From: Amphiscolops sp. MND2022
Taxonomy: Eukaryota
Length of the DNA: 64,000 nucleotides
Direction: 5' to 3'
NCBI GenBank assembly: GCA_964187785.1
Contig: OZ076412.1
Span: 74,338,001-74,402,000, forward strand
The translations under genes and the position numbers were made by a program. The notes under the pieces are model-generated. The model searched no databases. It was not told the DNA's origin and saw only the letters and a program-made list of their open reading frames with translations. Shown one piece after another: positions 52,001 through 61,684 of the stretch (position 1 is its first letter; each line of letters begins with the position of its first letter).

Positions 52001-55000
52001 AGACCGTGAACGCGCACATTACTGACTAGATAAAATGGACCGTGTTTGACAATGCCCCCCAAAAATTGGGGGATTTTTAGCGTAGAATTTGGATTCTATA
52101 TGGAATACATATTAGGATACAGTGTTGAAAAACTGAACAAAAAACTTGCGTGCAAATTTTGGAATTCTTTTTTATAATTTATGCACTTCATCTTTTCGAG
52201 CATTATTCTCAGATGGCCGCGTTTAAACTTTTTCCAGTAAATGTGCTACTATTTGAGTTTCACCGTCTATGTAGCAGCGTTCTTATTGTTTGCTGGCTAT
52301 TTTTTTTTCTATCTATTTTCTGTTCACAACATCGTGCAAACAAACGTCTTAATAATTGATTTGTTTCCGCGTATGTGGCTATTTTGTTCGTAAATTTTGT
52401 GGGACAGGTAAATTTTCTGACAGTAGGCTGGGGGCATCAGCAAACAAAACCCCAATTTTCGACCACCCCTGATTATGAGCCCATTGATTTATCTGGATTA
52501 TTACATCGGATGTTGTTTTTAGCGCCCGCAGCTGAAATTCCAGTATTGGACATGGAAGGGCTTCAGAACAAAGTGTTTGCAATTATCACGGAGTTCGTGG
52601 AGATCCAAGACGTGAAAGAATGTTGCGAAGTAGTTCAGACAGAGGTTGCTCAGTCCAATCACAGTGACTTCATGAAATGTTATTTCGAATACGCAGTAGA
52701 CAAAAAAGAGGAAGTGTGCAAAGAGGCCGGAAGGTTGCTCTACGAATTAGTCAAGACTGGCATTATCGCAGTGGATTCAGTCAAAACTGGGTATGCTACT
52801 ATTCTGTTTCTCTCCCCTAATACCTTTCCTGGCTTGAGTCAAAAATACTCAGAGTTTTGAACCCGTTTATTAACAATTTAGCGAATTAGCGGCCGCGCAG
52901 GATTTTCCAGCGACTTCATTAGTGATTCAAATTAGCGACAACTGATAAAATGAAATCCAAAATCAAATATTCTTTCGGATGTTACACGGAGTTTCAAAAT
53001 GAATTTCGAAAATTTTAACTCTTGTGAAGCTCACATAATTAAAGAAATACCAGTCTGTTTTTCTTGCACAACTAAATAAGGTTATCATTCAATTGTGAAA
53101 GATAGTTGAAGTCAAACATTTAATAGTTTGGAGAAAAAATTGTGAGCGAAACAGTGGTTTTTAGTCGGCGCTTTTCTTAGAAAAACGCAGACTATAGTAG
53201 TGACTTTTTTTCTTTTCTTTAGACCAACGAAGTGACAAATTTTATAAGCTTTATAAGCTGGCTTCCACTAACTGCCACACTAATGTAGCTTCTGCTTCTG
53301 ATTGTTGAGGATTTTTTGAGGTCTGTCAAGCAGAAGGACGTGAATTCGAGTCCCGCCCTTGACCAAAAAAAATTTGTGCAGGTTATTCTATTTTGCAAAA
53401 GAATGGATGTTCAAAAACTCCCAAAGGGCCCCCTTTTACATTTTTTGGCACTATGCGACTTACCGATTTTTTTCAATTTTTTCCTCATGCGGGTACTCTA
53501 GAAGGAGAATACTTGACACTTTGAAGTCCTTTTGCTATTTATTTTTGAGCCTTAGATATGGCGCCGACTTGGGCTGTTTCCGGCTTGTTTAATTAGCAAT
53601 TTAGGGATTAGCGGAAAAATTAGCCCTGTCAAAACCGTGCTTGAATTTGTTTCCCTGTTAATAACTTACTTTTTTCAGAGTGAGCAAATCCCTATACAAC
53701 GCCGTGGACCTTTCTTGCGATGTCCCGCTGATCTGGTGCAACTATGGTCTGGTTTTGGGACCGATCATGCGCGATCAGTTATCCCTTTCTCAACTGCCGG
53801 AAATGGCGGATTCCATTGTGGAAGAAGACAAAGCGAGGGAATTTGCTGCTGAAATTGTGTTGGCGTATTCCCGCTTGACGGTTGGTATTACCTAGTGTCA
53901 GGACATTTCGTCCAATGCAATTTCAACCGTTCACAGTTTCAATCGTTGACATTTCGACCTAAACTAATGGATCCTAATTAGTTATATAATTATTTTAGGT
54001 GGTTCTCATTTTCATACATTTCTAAATTCAAATGTGCTAATTTTCACGCCAGTTTTGATACGTTCTGGCTTCTTCATGAATAATTACCATTGATTAAGGT
54101 TGTTTGATTCATTACTTAACCAGAGTTGTTATAAAAAACAGTTTTTTTCAAAAAAACGTTTAAAACATGTTTTTTTACGAATTATACTGTTTTTTTGTTT
54201 TTTATTGTTTTTTTCATTTTAGGCGGCTAATTGGTAAAAAACAAGCGCGTGAAAAACACTTTTCTTACCTTAAAGTATAAATAACTACAACAAAAATCAT
54301 TTTAAAGGAATGTATCAAATCAGTCAATCATCTTAAAGGAATGTATCAGAGCAATAAATGTCAATAAGTTTCAATTGTACACGCCATTTGTCACTGGTTG
54401 AGCTCTCGGTATAGAAATGCTAATTTCCCAGCTTTCTCGATTCCTAATTGAGCCCGCAGTGTACCATAAGAGAATCCCAGAGATGAAAAATGACGTTCCA
54501 ACCCTCCAGAACTACTGGCTCCACCCACAATTGCAACTGCAAGATTGACAATAGATTCCGGAAACAAAGCGGAAAGTGGCTTTGCAAATAGGACACTCGC
54601 CTCGGGTACTGCCATTTGCAAGTTGTATCTCATTGAACTTTTTCCAGATTGGATCCTTAATTCGAGGCATATCAAAATCTGAAAACAACAAATTGTCATA
54701 GTTGATGCAAATGTAAACCGTAGTGACATAAGCACCTCTTGAAAAAAACAATGAAAAAAACAATGTTTTTTTAAATTTGTGTTAAACACTGTTTTTTTTC
54801 CTCGTGTTTAAAACAGTTTAAAACACCGTAACAACTCTGTACTTAACTATTGTACTGAAATAGTAGCTCAACCGAATCAGGACTAAGTAGCCAAAATTAG
54901 TTTAGGTCGAAATTGCAGAAGGTTGAAAATGCGTAGGACGAAATGTCATGTAACCTATATCCGTGTTAGCAAAATGTCAGACTGCTGCAATTTTGCATCT

Positions 55001-57100
55001 ATGTTTTTTATGTTTCAGAGTAAAGAGAAGGTGGCGAAAGCTTGGGCAGTTGCGAAAGTTAACTGGAGGCAATTTACGCCCAGCTTTGTTTCCGATGAGC
55101 AACTTCAAGAATTTTTGAAAGCGAAAGATTTGACTTTTACTCTAAGTGTCAGCAATAGCGAAGCTGGTGGCGATGATTTAGTTTCCTATGAAGCCCCTTT
55201 GCTGGAATTAGTGAAGAAAAATCCATACGAGTCAACGCAAGTTTTCGAGTTTATTCAACGACATTTGTCTTCTTGGCTGAGCACACCAGAATGTATCGAA
55301 CTTTTAACGAGAGTAGTTTGCAAGGCGTGTTTTAAAAGAGGTGAGAATTGTTATGACTGTTCTTCCACTCAAGTATTTGTAAATTGAGCAAGACTAAAAA
55401 AATCTACAAATTAATGGGACCATGTTTCTTATTTCCCCACCCGCCCGCCAACACGAAAACAGCTTTTATGCTTGAAAAAAACTACTCGTGCAAACGAAAA
55501 AAAATGATATGACTATTAATACTTAGAGAATTGTCTCTTAGAGTTGTTTCGACACTTGCAGCAAAAAGTTATCCGGAGTTTTAAATATTTTTTGACAAAA
55601 AAGCAAAAATTCACCTATTGAACAAGCTAAAATTAATTAGAAAAGCCCCTATTTTAACGCAAAGTTTCTCCGCCATAAATTAAAATGAGCTAATGTTAAC
55701 TGTGAACCAATGTAAAAGATAGAATTGTCGATCTTTTTATTGACAGAAATTTCAGCGCAAGCGATGTCGACTTAATGGTATTGGAATCTTGTTTCTTGGG
55801 GGGTCATAAGAAACATGATCCAATTATTGTTACTGGAGCGCAATGTTGATTGTTCATTCTTTCGATTCGATCCTCCATTCGATCAAACTTGGATGGATAT
55901 TGTTTAGATCAAAGTGTTTAAACGTTTGAAATGATGTGATTCATTACAGCAGGAATAATTGTTTGATGTTTTGTTTCAGATGTGACGCCTGTTTCTTTTG
56001 ACAACAATCTGTTCGAGCCTAGAAAAGTTGTTTTATTGCGATACATTAACCACGACAAAGATTTCATGTTCCATGCTATCTATTCTATTCAACTTTTGGC
56101 CTCAGACTACAAATACCCTGCAGGTAACACATTCTCATCCCAAATACAGTAACCTCCGGTAAATTCTTATTCGGATATTTCGCATCTTCGTTTAATTCGT
56201 ATGTATCTGGGATCCTCAGTTCGCGACGACCAAAGTAATATCATTCGGTCAATTCGTATTTCTCATTATTCGTACTGTTTTATTCGGACCCCAGCGATAC
56301 GAATTAGGCGGATTCAACTGTAATCATTAACCTCGTCCATTTCCATGCTGTTTTTCGAGCTCTTGCCTCGAACGAATCAACGACGTTGATATTGATGCTA
56401 AAAAAGAAACCTATCATATGAAAAATGCTGCGCAAGTTTTTTTCTGTGAAGTACCTTTTAAATGAATTTGCAATCATCTTTTGGGGTTCCTCTATTTTCT
56501 ATTTTGGATAGTTTTGAAAAGAAATTTTAGAGCCATTAAAATCGGTTGCTGTTGAATCTTTTGAAACATGCCCCGGTTGGGGAAGTCGCTTTGTCGGAGT
56601 TTTTTGACTCTGTAGCATGGTTTCTCAAAGGTACGAAAATGATATAGTGGGGAATCAGTCATGGAGAACTTCATCATCAAAGATCTTATCACCTTAACTG
56701 CCTATCAGAGTTGGAACCGGGCCGGGCTTGTGTTTCGACAGGTGTAGAAAGAAGAGGGTCCGAATTAAATTCATTTTCTGTCTGCTAGTAGGAGTTCAAA
56801 ACCGTTGACCGGGTCGGGCTTGAATGTGACCGGTGAAATTCGGACCCGGTTCCAACTCTGCTGCCCATCATGACATCAAGTTTTTCTTTTTTGATCTTCT
56901 AGCAAAGTTTTTGTGTTTCAGGTTTACTAGACAGTATCTTCAGATGCCTTTATGACGCAGATGTTATAACGAGCGACGCTTTCTTGAATTGGAGGGACAA
57001 CAAAGACCCCAAGTACAACCGGGGCAAGGGCTCGTGCACTGTGCAGCTTAAACAGTTTATGACGTATGTAGCCGAGGGCGACGAGAGCGAGAGCGACTAG
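36878..57100 (+). CDS. EIF4G: Eukaryotic translation initiation factor 4 gamma; 16 coding exons: 36878-37088, 37927-38579, 41117-41680, 42273-42705, 43988-44793, 45396-45839, 46470-46646, 47075-47425, 48322-48490, 49470-49791, 51565-51899, 52523-52790, 53679-53880, 55019-55340, 55980-56123, 56922-57100
   Basis: All 15 introns are GT..AG with matching phases; the exons sum to 5580 nt (1859 aa plus TAG). Family motifs appear in the expected order: [12 protein letters not shown] (PABP-site-like), [29 protein letters not shown] (eIF4E-binding), [10 protein letters not shown] / [13 protein letters not shown] / [14 protein letters not shown] / [14 protein letters not shown] (MIF4G), [20 protein letters not shown]3 ([10 protein letters not shown]), W2 ([15 protein letters not shown]). 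The start codon is the least certain element. Confidence 0.96.
37398..37780. mobile_element. MITE in eIF4G intron 1
   Basis: Inverted ends ACATTTCGTCCT / AGGACGAAATGT; same family as 53895-54955. Confidence 0.75.
37927..38579 (+). CDS. EIF4G: eIF4G exon 2 (prion-like region plus PABP-binding-like motif at about 38463-38545)
   Basis: TTTCAG acceptor; H/Q/N/P/G-rich ORF; [25 protein letters not shown] resembles the metazoan PABP site; donor GTTAGA. Confidence 0.85.
41117..41680 (+). CDS. EIF4G: eIF4G exon 3 (low complexity)
   Basis: TTTTCAG acceptor, phase 0 open frame, donor CAG|GTTTGC. Confidence 0.8.
42273..42705 (+). CDS. EIF4G: eIF4G exon 4 (low complexity, poly-Ala runs)
   Basis: TTTCAG acceptor phase 0; donor G|GTGAAA phase 1. 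Confidence 0.8.
42793..43182. mobile_element. hAT-type MITE in intron 4
   Basis: TIR TAGGCTCCGCAG / CTGCGGAGCCTA; 8-bp TSD GCTTAGAT / GTTTAGAT. Confidence 0.9.
43988..44793 (+). CDS. EIF4G: eIF4G exon 5; eIF4E-binding motif YDRDFLL at 44545-44565
   Basis: TTTAG acceptor phase 1; YxxxxL-phi motif; donor ATG|GTGAGC. Confidence 0.92.
44886..45308. mobile_element. hAT-type MITE in intron 5
   Basis: TIR CAGGGTTGTGCA / TGCACAACCCTG; perfect TSD ATTAAAAT. Confidence 0.93.
45396..45839 (+). CDS. EIF4G: eIF4G exon 6 (RG-rich linker, start of MIF4G)
   Basis: [29 protein letters not shown]; donor GTAAGT. Confidence 0.95.
46470..46646 (+). CDS. EIF4G: eIF4G exon 7 (MIF4G)
   Basis: [14 protein letters not shown]; donor TGG|GTGAGC. 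Confidence 0.92.
47075..47425 (+). CDS. EIF4G: eIF4G exon 8 (MIF4G)
   Basis: [44 protein letters not shown]. Confidence 0.95.
47477..47837. mobile_element. hAT-type MITE in intron 8
   Basis: TIR CAGAGTTTTGACACCGCTAA / TTAGCGATGTCAAAACCCTG; perfect TSD TTCCCGAT. Confidence 0.93.
47913..48230 (+). mobile_element. Non-autonomous Helitron2-like element in intron 8
   Basis: 5' hairpin TAGTCGGCTCTTTTA-GAA-TAAAAGAGCCCGACTA; 3' GCGCCGACT 18 nt from the end; T-rich flanks. Confidence 0.7.
48322..48490 (+). CDS. EIF4G: eIF4G exon 9 (absent from the ORF track)
   Basis: TTTTCCAG acceptor, then [24 protein letters not shown]; donor C|GTTAGT. Confidence 0.92.
48562..49026. mobile_element. Foldback-like MITE in intron 9
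   Basis: GACAACTCATATCAA repeats at the left end are mirrored by TTGATATGAG/ATTGTC at the right end. Confidence 0.65.
49470..49791 (+). CDS. EIF4G: eIF4G exon 10 (linker; true frame is not the one in the ORF track)
   Basis: Frame GLAGNSGPG...STWSKGS...SNRFGALQD matches the eIF4G linker; phase 1 in, phase 2 out. Confidence 0.85.
50892..51262. mobile_element. hAT-type MITE in intron 10
   Basis: TIR CAGGGTTGGCCA / TGGCCAACCCTG; perfect TSD TCAATTTT. Confidence 0.93.
51565..51899 (+). CDS. EIF4G: eIF4G exon 11 (R/S/G-rich linker)
   Basis: TTCCAG acceptor phase 2; donor G|GTAATC phase 1. Confidence 0.85.
52523..52790 (+). CDS. EIF4G: eIF4G exon 12 (MA3 domain, N-terminal part)
   Basis: [15 protein letters not shown]...[11 protein letters not shown]; donor GG|GTATGC. 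Confidence 0.9.
52850..53639. mobile_element. hAT-type MITE (family of 47477-47837) in intron 12, split by a Helitron2-like insert
   Basis: Left end CAGAGTTTTGA, shared TTAGCGAATTAG.GGCCGCGCAGG core, decayed right end; TSD not recovered. Confidence 0.75.
53162..53587 (+). mobile_element. Non-autonomous Helitron2-like element nested in a hAT MITE
   Basis: Terminal AGTCGGCGC pairs with GCGCCGACT at 53561-53569 and also forms a 5' hairpin; inserted in a T-run with no TSD. Confidence 0.75.
53679..53880 (+). CDS. EIF4G: eIF4G exon 13 (MA3 domain)
   Basis: [21 protein letters not shown]; phases match both neighbours. Confidence 0.9.
53895..54955. mobile_element. MITE (family of 37398-37780) in intron 13, split by a hAT insertion
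   Basis: The two flanks rejoin to match the intron 1 copy. Confidence 0.8.
54121..54839 (-). mobile_element. Internally deleted hAT transposon, 719 bp
   Basis: TIR CAGAGTTGTTA / TAACAACTCTG; perfect TSD TACTTAAC; BED-finger start (DPIWKKF..ECPIC) next to the hAT dimerisation motif ([25 protein letters not shown]). Confidence 0.93.
55019..55340 (+). CDS. EIF4G: eIF4G exon 14 (MA3 end to W2 start)
   Basis: [16 protein letters not shown]...FIQRHL...FIELLT-like helix; donor G|GTGAGA. Confidence 0.88.
55416..55822. mobile_element. MITE in intron 14, superfamily unresolved
   Basis: TIR GGACCATGTTTCTTAT / ATAAGAAACATGATCC. Confidence 0.7.
55980..56123 (+). CDS. EIF4G: eIF4G exon 15 (W2; absent from the ORF track)
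   Basis: [27 protein letters not shown]; phase 1 in and out. Confidence 0.9.
56147..56320. mobile_element. Same Tc1/mariner-type MITE in eIF4G intron 15, opposite orientation
   Basis: 174 bp, TA-flanked, reverse-complement homolog of 19927-20100. Confidence 0.85.
56706..56860. mobile_element. hAT-type MITE in intron 15, 155 bp
   Basis: TIR CAGAGTTGGAACCGG / CCGGTTCCAACTCTG; TSD CTGCCTAT / CTGCCCAT. Confidence 0.92.
56922..57100 (+). CDS. EIF4G: eIF4G exon 16 (W2 C-terminus, stop codon)
   Basis: [23 protein letters not shown]...[25 protein letters not shown]-stop. Confidence 0.93.
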
Positions 57101-57765
57101 ACGACACGAGAGGAGCCGAGAACAAGACGACGACCACGAGGAACACGACAACATCAACGACATCATCCTATTCTACACGACCACCGCCACCGACGAACCA
57201 GGACGAGAAGAACGAGGAGCAAGTTTTGGGCTGCGGGTGTTTGTTTTAACCCTTACATACAAATGCGCATACATACATACTTTCATTGTACTTATACAAC
57301 TACATGTACCGGTATTACCAACTGCAAACAAACAGCTATACATGACATGACAACGGGACGGCGACATTGGCAAGGACACGACGAGAGAAGCAGATTGATC
57401 ACGTGACTTGATGTGGCACATTATCAGTGGCTTTGGCAGCACCTAATGGTGCTAGTACCATGGGTATGATTCAATGTCTAAACTACTAACCAACCTACCA
57501 AACCACAAGGCGAAGCGACGAGATGGCATTTCAACGATGATTATTTGTTCATTGCATTAATTGTGGCAGGCACATCAGTGGCTAGTAGAACTCTCAATTA
57601 CAGTAATACAACATTGACACTACTGTTCTCTACTGTGTTGTTGCTGCTGCTACTACTGCTACAAGTTTTATCCGTACTCGCAAATTTTAAAGTAAAGTTT
57701 ACCAATGTTATTATTGCGCATGGACTACTGGGGCAGTGTTTCATGTGTGGCTACTGCTTTGTTGA

Positions 57766-57771
57766 AATAAA
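57766..57771 (+). terminator. Candidate polyadenylation signal of eIF4G
   Basis: AATAAA about 670 nt after the stop, followed by a GT/T-rich tract. Confidence 0.45.
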
Positions 57772-60700
57772 TTGTTTATGATGATTGTTTTCAGTGCTAT
57801 TACTTTATCCTTGTAAATTGCAGGCGTCATTGGACGGACATATGCCGTGTCCGATTCCATGCAAGAAGCTAAATTGGTTTTAAATCTTTTAAACATGATG
57901 AAGCATCTCATAATTCGTGTATAGTCAGTTGAACTGAAACTGCAAACCTACGCTGGGTCGTCCCTATTTTCCCTACGCAGGTCCCGTAATTAAGTGTGTC
58001 TTTCTGCTAAACTGAGTCTTGACTATTATTTCTGATGACATACCACGCCCTCTTTTTTTTGGTAGCGTTTGGCTATTCATCTTCAGTTTTCGGAATTTTC
58101 CGATAGTAAAACTGACTTTGAAGTTTGTACATTTTGGGCAGTTTTTGTGGGCGGAAGGAACACTAATGAATGGATTTGTTTTCAATACCGGGTGAAGGCT
58201 TGCTTGCGGCGTATGGTTTTGTTTTCACTTCAACTGATGCTGGTTGTTCTCTGCTGTCGCCGTTTAGGATTGTCCTTGACTTATTCAACCAACAACAACG
58301 CTACCGTCACCACCGTCTCCTCTCACCTGCGTGGTCGCCCCTCCTCCCCCTCCAAAGCGCCCTGCTGAGGGTCACGTGCTGGCCCGCTCCTGCCCTTCGC
58401 ACCCTTTCCCCCTTGCTCTCATTCTCGGTCTCCTTTTCATAAAGTGCGCGCTTTGGGGGCAGTCCGTGTTGTATATATTATATTGCTTTTCCTTGCATAC
58501 TGAAGATGTTTGTTCTAGGGCTACAATAATGCGTCGTTGATTGGAGATATGAATTTAAATATTTAAATTTTGGAAACTACTTTTTAATTCAGTGGTAATG
58601 AGTTAGAGATCTACAAGTTTATAGTTGGGGTTACATGTCAAAAGCTTTTAAGTAAGAATCTAAGTTGAAATCTAGACTGAAATCCAAGTTGAAATCTTGA
58701 CGAAAATCTGGGTTAAAATCTAAATAGACGTGAAAAATTGGTTGTATGGATCGGGATTTTAACGTAAATTTTGACGTGATAGCAAAGTTGGTTATACAGC
58801 GTTGTGTTAGTTGAGACGAAACGATCATTGAGTGTCTTACAAGTTATTGAATTTCACTAACGAACTTGATTGATTCGACTAATCATTTGTCTCAAACATC
58901 ATAAGCTTCTTTAGTGATTCGAACTTGTTTCCAGACATGAACAACGCATCGATTCAGAGTTCAATCACTTCGTTCAGAACTTTATTCACGCACTTCAAAA
59001 CTTCAAGTTTATTCCAAATCATCTGTGCTTCATTTTGCGTGATGCTTTCTTTCACATTCTTTCAACTGATTCAATGGCTTCAACGTCATACTTGTGGTGG
59101 CGTTGCAAAGACTCTTAGTTGAGCTTCGCACTTTCAGAAAAGAGTGAGTTTGACCTTGGTTACACCGAGGTCGTGGGCACCCTAAAGATTGACGAGGTCT
59201 CAATTGTAATGAAGACTGGCAAAGCTCTCAAGTACAGAATTAATTGGAATAAAGTATGAGTTTCCACATTTTTTGGCGGAGATACATGCCAAACATGTAA
59301 GAACTCGCTCTCAAACGTTTCAACTTGCATTCTGGGAGATGGCATAAAGAATAAAGACTAAAGAATAAAGAGACCCATAAAGACCCATCGGAATATTGAA
59401 CAAAGTTTATGCACCTATAAGCTCATGGAAATTGCTCAGTAATTATTGCTGCACATTGTAATAGTGGATGCGCCACAAACTGACCGCTTTTCGACATAAA
59501 ATGACCGGTTTTTGTATATAACAAAATGGCCGGTTTTTGTATATAACAAAATGGCCGTTTCATTATTGAGTTTGGCGTTCCTAAAACGGTTAAAACAATC
59601 CCCTGTATGGCTGCCATCCCTTTCAGGGGTGCTTTGCGCTCCTCCAGATCGGCCTTCGTTAAAACCAATCATTATTCAAGTAACGACACGTCGCTCCGTT
59701 TCGTGCCTGCACTTAGGGTATTATAGGCGTGTCTCTGTAGCTGTCTTTCGTTACGCTTCAAAAACCAGTAATTTTGTTACGTTCTGAAATCGGCTGTTTT
59801 GTTATAATTGAAAAATCGGTCATTTTGTTAGGTGCATTAGGTCGCCTGTTGTGTTATGCCTACAATCTAATATTTTAAGCCTCCCTGTATCAAATACTTT
59901 TGACAGCGACCCTTTTAAAAATGCTGAAATTTTACGCAGCTTTGAGTTAAACCTTGAAACTCTTGAGTATTCAGTATCGTTTGACAAACATTTAGAAGGC
60001 TGTGCAAATCCCGGAGTAATTATGAAATGATATTGGTTTCGTAAATATTTGGTTGACTGCAGGCGGCAATTTAATCAATTTCCGCGAATTATCATATAAA
60101 AAAGCTGGGAACGGTCCAAATTGGGACCCCGCTTGAGACTCAAAATTCTTTTTGAACATGGCCGGGATCAATCATTGAAGAAATTTATCAAAAGTGCACA
60201 ATCCGAATTTTCGACGTTATATCTGATTTGTATAACTGTAATCGATATATCCGGAAAGCGTAAGTGTAATTAGCATAATTCAATTTGAAAAATTCGAAAC
60301 TCCATTTCCTTTCTGGCAAAAAAGAAGTGGAAGAAAACATTTTTTAAATGTTAATTGTGGATTATATAACTTTAGACATTTGATATCCGAAAACACTATT
60401 CCTATAGTCCATGTTGATAACGAAACGACCCCGAGCGGAATTCGAAAGGAATTCACAGAAACTAATGAAAAACCTTTTTGCCGAGTTTATTGGTGCCACG
60501 AGAAAACTATTGTAAGCGGATGAGTTTGGTTATTGATGAGTACTGGCGGATGATGATGGTTTCGATAGCTACAGCTAACCTCCAAGTACACTCTACGGCT
60601 TGCAGGAAACGTTTAAAATTACCGAAACGCAGAAAAGGAAAGCAGATATAATTTGCTTGGTAACTCGTATCGCATACCCCTGCTGAACAATATTTCATGT

Positions 60701-61455
60701 AACCAATTCTGCACACGTGATGCGCAACTTTTTTTGTCCCAGTTCTTCAATGCTCCTGTGAACCCAGAAAGATGTAGACCCCATGGGAACCCTAACGCGG
60801 TTTTATTTTGCATCCGGTGGAAGAAGCAATGGAGTGTGACATCTCCAATTATACCATATCACACTCCATGGTATAAACAAGGAAAAAGAAGATGATAGAT
60901 ACTCAGACTGAATTGAGACTGATGCGAGACTGGGGGAAAGAACTTGCAATTATACAATTATTAGGTTTGATTTTGTAAAGAACCAAGAATTCTAAAGAAT
61001 GTACAGTACAAACTTGAAACTGTTTTGTGGAAAAGGTTCCGTCGGCTCGGCAACCGCAATGCGCGGAGGTCTTCGTTACCGACCACGGACCACGAAGCAT
61101 TCGGACTGGTTACGGCCAAGGATTTTTATGGCCTTATCGCTGTGGGCAGCAAGGGTACTTTGCTGCGGATTGACCCCAAGCATTAAACTCGTTGAATAGT
61201 TTTGGTACTCTTTTTTGCCGAGAGTTTTTGCAAGCTCTGGTAAACGGTACAATTGTCAGGGACTCCGAGGGCTGCTGTATGTATGCTGCTGTCAGAGCCT
61301 ACATACGATTTCGTTCAATGAAGCGTTTTTGTGTCTCTTTGACAAAGAAACTAGTATGAACTGGAAGAGTTCATAGAAATGAAAATGAAGCACGTAATGT
61401 TTCTAATCCGGACTCGTACATCAGCTGTTCTACGCTGGTGTATTTTGAAAGGTAA

Positions 61456-61684
61456 CAAGCCGGGACCGGCCCAATTCGGCGCTATATCCAAGGCTCAAAA
61501 ATAGCAAAAGGACTTCCAAGTGTCAATTTACAGTACTCAAAAATCGAAAAACCAAAAACATGGACCGAGTGGCGCGCCGGGGCCCGCTAGCGCGAGCCCC
61601 TGGCGCGCTAAAAGAGGAGGGGGGACACTTCCGAATTGTCAACATTTTTGTCGCAGTTGAAGGGAGTACCCTTTGGTGAAAAAC
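61456..61684 (-). mobile_element. Partial Helitron2-like element, one end only
   Basis: CAAGCCGGGACCGGCCCAATTCGGCGCTATATCCAAGGCTCAAAA matches 2449 onward; abuts the gypsy LTR stub. Confidence 0.65.

Noticed and set aside
57101-57409. Stop-codon readthrough extension of eIF4G (about 100 open codons after TAG, ACG/GAC-rich)
   Set aside because: TAG-A is not a readthrough-favouring context. The C-terminus already ends at the conserved acidic W2 tail, and low T content explains the open frames.
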